Below are positions 44,687-50,520 of a stretch of DNA of 50,520 nt, one piece after another; the first letter of the stretch is position 1, and each line of letters begins with the position of its first letter. The translations under genes were made by a program, and so were the position numbers. The stretch lies in contig CATXTS010000002.1 of assembly GCA_958402495.1 (NCBI GenBank), forward strand, positions 1 to 50,520, in the 5' to 3' direction. This DNA is from an uncultured Clostridiaceae bacterium (GTDB taxonomy: Bacteria > Bacillota > Clostridia > TANB77 > CAG-508). The notes under the pieces are model-generated. The model was not told the origin of the DNA. It worked only from the letters and a program-made list of their open reading frames with translations, and did not search any database.

Positions 44687-45592
44687 ATGATTTTTAAAGA
44701 TTATTATAAAATATTAGAGTTAGAAAATAATAAAGTAACGATAGAGGAAATAAAAATAGCTTTTAGAGAACAAGCTAAAAAGTATCATCCAGATGTAAAC
44801 ACGGATAAAAAAGCAGAGGAAAGATTCAAAGATATTAATGAAGCTTATCGTGTATTATCAGACAATACCAGTAAAAGAAAATATGATAGAATTTGGTATT
44901 CTCATGTAGGTAAAAAGAAAGCAAAACAAGAGCAATCAAGGGAAGAAAGGGCTGACTTTTTAGGAATCCTTTTTGGACATGTAACTCCAGAAGAAAAAGA
45001 AGAAAATAAGGATAACAAGAGGAAAAAGATACCTGCAAAAGGGGAAAATATAGAAACAGAGATACAAGTATCTATAGAAGAGGCTTTCTATGGTTTAAAT
45101 AAGAAAATATCCTTAAGGGCAGTTGATGGAAAAATGAAAACTTTTTCAGTAAAAGTACCTGCTGGTATTCGTAATGGAGAAAAAATTAGGCTGATTGGAC
45201 AAGGAAAACCGGGAGAAAATGGCGGGAAAAATGGAGACCTTTTTATTAAAATTCATATCGAGAACAATAAAAAATATAGATTAGAAGGTTATGATATGTA
45301 TACCGATTTATTGTTGACGCCATGGGAAGCAGCTTTGGGTACTAGAGTAGCAGTACAAGCTATTGATGACCAAGCAACCGTGTTTGTACCACAAGGTATT
45401 GGTAGTGGAGAAAAAGTAAGAATTCCTAGCAAAGGCTATAAAGATGGGAAAGGTGGAAGAGGAGATTTGGTGGCAGAAGTTAAAATTGTTGTACCAAAAA
45501 ATCCAACACAAAAGGAATTAGAAATATTTAAACAATTAAAAGAAATATCAAAATTTGAACCAAGAATGGAAAATGTTAACATAAAAGAGTAA
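44687..45592 (+). CDS. DnaJ-class co-chaperone without a zinc finger (CbpA-like)
   Basis: J domain DYYKILE...KKYHPDVN (HPD). C-terminal DnaJ_C repeats are present and there are no CxxCxGxG motifs. Start at the ATG after GGGAGGA. Confidence 0.8.
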   Translation: MIFKDYYKILELENNKVTIEEIKIAFREQAKKYHPDVNTDKKAEERFKDINEAYRVLSDNTSKRKYDRIWYSHVGKKKAKQEQSREERADFLGILFGHVTPEEKEENKDNKRKKIPAKGENIETEIQVSIEEAFYGLNKKISLRAVDGKMKTFSVKVPAGIRNGEKIRLIGQGKPGENGGKNGDLFIKIHIENNKKYRLEGYDMYTDLLLTPWEAALGTRVAVQAIDDQATVFVPQGIGSGEKVRIPSKGYKDGKGGRGDLVAEVKIVVPKNPTQKELEIFKQLKEISKFEPRMENVNIKE

Positions 45593-45598
45593 AAAGTG

Positions 45599-45627
45599 TT
45601 GACAAGCCATAATCTACAAGGTATAAT
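45599..45627 (+). promoter_or_regulatory. Perfect consensus sigma-A promoter for the orphan VirD4 operon
   Basis: TTGACA (45599-45604), 17 nt, TATAAT (45622-45627). Confidence 0.65.
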
Positions 45628-45696
45628 ATTAGTTAGTGAGTAATAACAAAAGACAAACTATGAGAATTTTTGGTTCATAGAAAAAGGGGTGTAGAA

Positions 45697-46221
45697 ATGG
45701 AGAACATACAAGGAAAGCACTTTAGTATAACAGATCCTGAAGGTGTAAATACAGTAATTTATAGAATCAATAAAACAGCAAAAGAGTATTTAGATGAATA
45801 CCCTAAATATACTGTTGAAAGATTAATTTCTGCAGAAGAACTGAAGGGTAACCTAAAAAAGAGAACTTTTTTTATAGATGAACCAGAATATGATGAGCAA
45901 CTAGTCATTTTATCTTTTGGAAAAGAAAAAGTAGTTGTCAATATGGGGCTACTAGAAGATGACAAAATAAAGATTGCTAAAAGACCCGTACCAATTAAGT
46001 TTGATACTTTATATTCTGAAAAAGAAACAGAATATAAAGATGTAAAATATACACCAAATCTAAAGAGACCAATAACGATTATTGATCCAGAAACTACAGA
46101 AGAAATAAAACCAGTTCTTTATTATGATAAAGTAACGGATGAGGTAAAAGGAAAATGTAAATTAAAACCTTATAAGTCTTATTTTGCTTTTGAAGTAAGA
46201 GACCAAAAAGAGGATAACTAG
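45697..46221 (+). CDS. Hypothetical protein (174 aa)
   Basis: ORF with AAGGGGTG before the ATG. No motif recognised. Confidence 0.55.
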   Translation: MENIQGKHFSITDPEGVNTVIYRINKTAKEYLDEYPKYTVERLISAEELKGNLKKRTFFIDEPEYDEQLVILSFGKEKVVVNMGLLEDDKIKIAKRPVPIKFDTLYSEKETEYKDVKYTPNLKRPITIIDPETTEEIKPVLYYDKVTDEVKGKCKLKPYKSYFAFEVRDQKEDN

Positions 46222-46238
46222 AAAGGGGAATTTAAAAG

Positions 46239-46538
46239 ATGAATCAGCCAAATGTGGGTTCAACAAAACAGAGTGAAATTTCAGTAGTTACAGCGGTACC
46301 AATGTTAGAATTTAAGGAAAGAGAAGAGCAGAAAATACAAATAGCCGAAGAGAGAAGTAAAGAGATAAATTCTAATCTTTTTGGAGAATTTATTTTTATG
46401 GGTGGAGTAAAAAATAGTAGTTTAGATGAATTAATTGAAGAGGGGGTTTTCTGTAAAGAAGATAAGGCAGAATTAATAAAAAATAAAAATAAACGTCCAA
46501 ATGTAAAAGCAAAAATTAAAGAGGAAGAACAGCGTTAG
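46239..46538 (+). CDS. Hypothetical protein (99 aa)
   Basis: ORF with RBS AAAGGGGAA. No motif recognised. Confidence 0.5.
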   Translation: MNQPNVGSTKQSEISVVTAVPMLEFKEREEQKIQIAEERSKEINSNLFGEFIFMGGVKNSSLDELIEEGVFCKEDKAELIKNKNKRPNVKAKIKEEEQR

Positions 46539-46576
46539 AGAATAAACAAGTAAAACCAAAGAAAAGGTGGAAAGCC

Positions 46577-48608
46577 ATGGAAAAATTAAAAAAAGTCATT
46601 GCACAAAGCAAGGTGTTCTTAATAACAATAGCAGTACTATGGGTTGTATTAGCCATAGTACTTGTTTCGCCTATAGCCTATAGTATAAAAGAAGCAACCA
46701 ATGCAATGGGCGTGTTTAATATAAATATCTTTTTTGAAAAGGTAATACCAGCCATAACGAGTTTTACAACAATAGGAAAAATGTTTTCAGCAACTTATTT
46801 TGAAACATTTACCACCTGTTTAGGAAATTTTAGCATTATATTTATTTTTTGTTCAATCATTGGTTTTATTAAATCGAAGCCAAAGGGAGAATATCACAAT
46901 ATAGAACATGGCTCTAGTGATTGGAGTGAACATGGAGAACAATATAAGATATTAAGCAAAAATAAAGGTATTATTTTAGCAGAGGAAAACTATTTACCAG
47001 TAGATAAACGAGGAAATATCAATACACTAATTGTTGGACGGTTCTGGTTCTGGTAAATCAGCATCCTATTCTAAACCAAATGCTTATCAAATGCTAGGTT
47101 CATATGTCTTTACAGACCCAAAAGGGGAACTATATGATGATACAGCAGGATATTTAAAAGCACATGGGTATGACATAAAAGTATTAAATTTAGTAAATCC
47201 AGCTAATAGTGATGGATATAACCCTTTAATGCACGTATCTAGTGAGCTAGACGTAGATGTTATTGCCAATACAGTTGTAAAGGGACAAAAAGCAGAATCT
47301 TCTTCAGAGCCATACTGGGATGACATGGCAGAAATGCTATTAAAAGCTTTAATTTACTATCTAATTGCAACTAGACCAGAAGAAGAACAAAACTTAGCAA
47401 GTTGTTCAGAACTAGTAAGAGCAGCTAATAGTAATGGAGGAAGCAATTTATTAACAGAATTAATTAATCAATTGCCATATGATCATCCTGCTAGAATGTA
47501 CTATAAATCAATTGAAATTGCACCAGAAAAGACATATGGTTCTATTTTAAGTTCTTTACAATCTAAGCTAGGAAAATTTGATTCTAAAGACATTGCAGAA
47601 GTAACATCAACAGATACCATTAATTTTGAAGATATAGGAAGTAAAAAAACAGCAGTCTATGTTATTTCATCAGATACACACACTGCCTATGATTTCTTAC
47701 TAACTATTTTCTTCTCTCAAATGATACAACAATTATATAATTATGCAGATTTAAATGGTGGAAGATTAAAAATGCCTGTATTCTTCATACTAGATGAGTT
47801 TGCAAACATTGGTAGGATACCAGACTTTGATAAAAAAATCTCTACATCAAGAAGTAGAGGAATCCAATTTAGTGTTATTTTACAAAACTTAGACCAATTA
47901 GAAGCTGTATATGAAAAATCCTATGAGACGATTATGGGTAACTGTGATACACACGTATTCTTAGGAAGTAACTCTTTTAAGACAGTAGAATATTTTTCTA
48001 AATCTTTAGGAGAAAAAACGATATTTAGAGATAGTCATTCTATTAATAGAGACAAAAAAGCACACAAACAAGGTATGAGTGATTCTGAACAAGTCATGGG
48101 AAGAGCACTCATGACACCAGATGAATTAAGAAGAATGGATAATGATTTATGTATTATCTATGAAAAAGGAATTAAACCTGTAAAAGCACGAAAATATTAC
48201 TATTTTGAACATCAAAAAATGCTAAGAGAATTGCAAGCCAATAAAATGGACCACAATCACTTTGATGCGGGAAATAGAGGTGTTTGGAGGAAATATAATC
48301 CATATAACCCTTATGTTCCAGAAGGTGAGAAAAAAGTAGAAGATTTAAAAGTAGAATCTTTAGACGACTTATTTGATGACGAAAGAGTTACAGTCAGTAC
48401 AAAGCCAGAACCTGTAAAAGCAGCAAAAGAAAGTAAAGAGTCAAAGCAATCCAAAGAAAATATGGTACTAGAAGGAAAAGAAACAGAGGCACCAATGCTA
48501 CCACTAGAAGATAATACAGAAGACATTTTTTCACCTGACATACAAAAAGAGTTGGAAGCAAAATTCGATGAATTATTTGGACCAATAGAAGATAATAATG
48601 ATAATTGA
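46577..48608 (+). pseudogene. VirD4/TraG-type type IV coupling protein (conjugative ATPase), frameshifted within the Walker A motif
   Basis: ORF 46577-47056 encodes the 2-TM N-terminal part and ends ...NTLIVGRFWFW*. The +1 frame continues (L)DGSGSGKSASY... with Walker B VFFILDEFANIG. Removing the C at 47039 would restore LIVGGSGSGKS. Confidence 0.8.
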
Positions 48609-48616
48609 TAAAAAAG

Positions 48617-48645
48617 TAGCCATTAGAAAACTAATGGTTATTTTT
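48617..48645 (+). terminator. Intrinsic terminator after the VirD4-like gene
   Basis: Stem 48617-48626 pairs with 48631-48640 (core CCATTAG/CTAATGG). TTTTT follows. Confidence 0.6.
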
Positions 48646-48678
48646 AAAAAAAGAAACAAAACAAATGTTTTAGAATTA

Positions 48679-48707
48679 TTGACTTTTCTAAGAAATACCG
48701 TTATAAT
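48679..48707 (+). promoter_or_regulatory. Near-consensus sigma-A promoter of sbcDC
   Basis: TTGACT (48679-48684), 17 nt, TATAAT (48702-48707). Confidence 0.65.
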
Positions 48708-48737
48708 GCAAAAGAGAAAAAAGGAGGCTAAAATAAA

Positions 48738-49811
48738 ATGAAATTTGTACATATAGCAGATATGCATTTTGACACCCCATTTACCCTACTAAGTAATAAA
48801 GCAGAATTAGGAGAGATAAGAAGATTAGAACAAAGAAAAGCTTTTAAAAAAATGATAGAATATATTAAAAAAAACCAAATTCCATATCTATGGATTGCAG
48901 GGGACTTATATGACCAAGAGTATATAAGAGAAAGTACGATAGAGTATATAAACGGATTATTTAAAGAAATACCCAACACACGTATTTTTATAACACCAGG
49001 GAATCATGACCCCTATTTAAAAAATTCTTATTATGCAACTTATCCATGGAATGAAAATGTTAAAATATTTACAAATCATGTAGAAAAAATAGAGACACCA
49101 GAAGCAGATATTTATGGATTTGGTTTTGATGATTTTTACTGTTATCAATCAGAAGTAGAAAATATCCAAATAGAAAATCCAGAAAAAATCAATATTCTTA
49201 TTACACATGCCAGTTTAGATGCTAGTTTTAATGAAGATAAAAATTATCATGCAATTTCCAGTAAAAATTTAAAAGCCTTAGGATTTGATTATATAGCATT
49301 AGGTCATATCCATAAAAGAAATTTATCGCTAGAAAATCAAAACATGCTATATCCAGGTTCTACCATTTCTCTAGGCTTTGATGAATTAGGAAAACATGGT
49401 ATGTTGATAGGAGAGGTAACAAAAGAAAAGGTAGAAGTAGAATTTATACCATTAGATGAAAAAGAATTTGTAGAACAGCCATTAGAAGTAGATAATTATA
49501 AAACCATAGAAGAATTAGTAGAAGCAATGAACGTGATACCAATAGAAGAAAATAAATTTTATAAAATAAAATTAATAGGTAAAAGAAATTTTGAAATTCC
49601 ACTATCCAAAATAGAGAAAATGATAGAACAAAAAAATATTCTTAAAATAAAGGACGAAACTACTTTAGGATATTGCTTAGAAGATATGGCAAATGATGTA
49701 ACTTTAAAAGGTATTTTCATAAGAGAAATGCAAAAAAAATTACAAGAAGATACACAAAACAAAGAAATAATAGAAAAAGCTATCGAAATAGGGATAGAAA
49801 TATTATCATAA
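48738..49811 (+). CDS. sbcD: SbcD/Mre11-type metallophosphoesterase DNA repair exonuclease
   Basis: MKFVHIADMHFD, AGDLYD, GNHD and GHIH motifs. Confidence 0.85.
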   Translation: MKFVHIADMHFDTPFTLLSNKAELGEIRRLEQRKAFKKMIEYIKKNQIPYLWIAGDLYDQEYIRESTIEYINGLFKEIPNTRIFITPGNHDPYLKNSYYATYPWNENVKIFTNHVEKIETPEADIYGFGFDDFYCYQSEVENIQIENPEKINILITHASLDASFNEDKNYHAISSKNLKALGFDYIALGHIHKRNLSLENQNMLYPGSTISLGFDELGKHGMLIGEVTKEKVEVEFIPLDEKEFVEQPLEVDNYKTIEELVEAMNVIPIEENKFYKIKLIGKRNFEIPLSKIEKMIEQKNILKIKDETTLGYCLEDMANDVTLKGIFIREMQKKLQEDTQNKEIIEKAIEIGIEILS

Positions 49812-49827
49812 GAAAAGAGGTGCTATT

Positions 49828-50520
49828 TTGAAAATAAAACAATTAAAAATAAATGCATTTGGAAATTTAAAAAATAAAGATATTGTTTTATCAAATCATA
49901 TCAATATTATACAAGGAAAAAATGAGAGTGGAAAATCTACTTTATTACAATATATCATTAGTATGTTTTATGGAATTTCCAAAAATAAAAGAGGAAAAGA
50001 ATATACCGACTATGAAAAATATTTACCTTGGAATGATGCAGCATTTTCAGGAAAATTAGAATATATATTAGATAATGGAGAACAATATGAAATTTTTAGA
50101 GACTTTTATAAAAAGAATCCCCAAATTTATAATGCCAATTTAGAAGAAATATCTAAAGAATATAATGTCAATAAGACAAGTGGAAATGAATTCTTTTTTG
50201 AACAAACCCATATAGAAGAATCTATGTTTTTATCTACATTAGTTAGTAAACAAGAAGAAGTACGAATAGACAGACAAACGCAAAATATTTTAGTTCAAAA
50301 AATAGCAAACCTTGCGGGAACAGGAGATGACAGCGTCTCCTATAAAAAGGCCATAGAAAAATTAAATAAAAAACAAGTAGAAGAAATCGGTAGTAATCGT
50401 TCACAAGGACGACCAATTAATAAAGTGCAAGAAGAATTAAAAAAAGCACAATTAGAAAAAGAAGAGTTGGTTTGCTATAAAGACAAACAATATATAATAG
50501 AAAAAAGGCAACAAGAATTA
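49828..50520 (+). CDS. sbcC: SbcC/Rad50-type AAA ATPase, N-terminal part (continues beyond the window)
   Basis: TTG start after AAAGAGGTG. Sequence (M)KIKQLKINAFGNLKNKDIVL...IIQGKNESGKST (Walker A). The frame stays open to the window end. Confidence 0.8.
   Translation, partial: MKIKQLKINAFGNLKNKDIVLSNHINIIQGKNESGKSTLLQYIISMFYGISKNKRGKEYTDYEKYLPWNDAAFSGKLEYILDNGEQYEIFRDFYKKNPQIYNANLEEISKEYNVNKTSGNEFFFEQTHIEESMFLSTLVSKQEEVRIDRQTQNILVQKIANLAGTGDDSVSYKKAIEKLNKKQVEEIGSNRSQGRPINKVQEELKKAQLEKEELVCYKDKQYIIEKRQQEL

Noticed and set aside
47031-48608. The TTG at 47031 as a genuine start of an independent soluble VirD4 ATPase.
   Set aside because: No RBS precedes it. It would begin only three codons upstream of the first P-loop glycine (GSGSGKS), and the upstream frame supplies the expected LIVG context. 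A frameshift in one ancestral gene is the simpler reading.

Overview
The window is 50.5 kb of very AT-rich DNA (roughly 28-30% GC by eye) from the chromosome of a spore-forming Firmicute, probably a Clostridia-like organism. The assignment rests on sleB-ypeB, an alpha/beta-type SASP, murF-ddl and sbcCD. All calls come from reading motifs in the supplied translations and from hand translation and hairpin or repeat spotting. No database search was possible, so family names are motif-level assignments.

Layout:
- 1-7.5 kb: a single-module NRPS (C-A-T-R) abutting a sensor kinase, followed by a REC/HD-GYP regulator.
- 7.8-10.9 kb: housekeeping-like genes (HtrA protease, FAD/Rieske oxidoreductase).
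- 11.1-13.6 kb: an uncharacterised operon of two paralogous small radical-SAM enzymes plus a 57-aa ORF.
- 13.7-25.6 kb: tRNA-Pro, then an 11.6-kb integrase-bearing island inserted into the anticodon loop of tRNA-Arg(ACG). The host tRNA is left split, and the island carries its own complete tRNA-Arg(ACG).
- Island cargo: a deaminase/DNPH1-like fusion operon, AbiEi/AbiEii, an overlapping MBL-hydrolase/unknown/4-TM trio, and an orphan ABC-type ATPase.
- 25.6-28.9 kb: a GC-elevated block next to the split tRNA, bracketed by two near-identical hairpins. It contains an orphan gene of about 45% GC with an internal duplication.
- 29-35 kb: VanW, an M18 aminopeptidase, and a small cassette-like region (NUDIX, S51 peptidase, cupin-like) stitched together by repeated intergenic and promoter modules, ending at tRNA-Arg(UCU).
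- 35-50.5 kb: core genes, plus an orphan 3-gene operon whose VirD4/TraG coupling ATPase is frameshifted inside the Walker A motif.

Best candidates for something new:
- the MBL/unknown/TM trio, possibly working with the ATPase, on the island;
- the tandem radical-SAM module;
- the split-tRNA/replacement-tRNA integration architecture;
- the deaminase-DNPH1 fusion.
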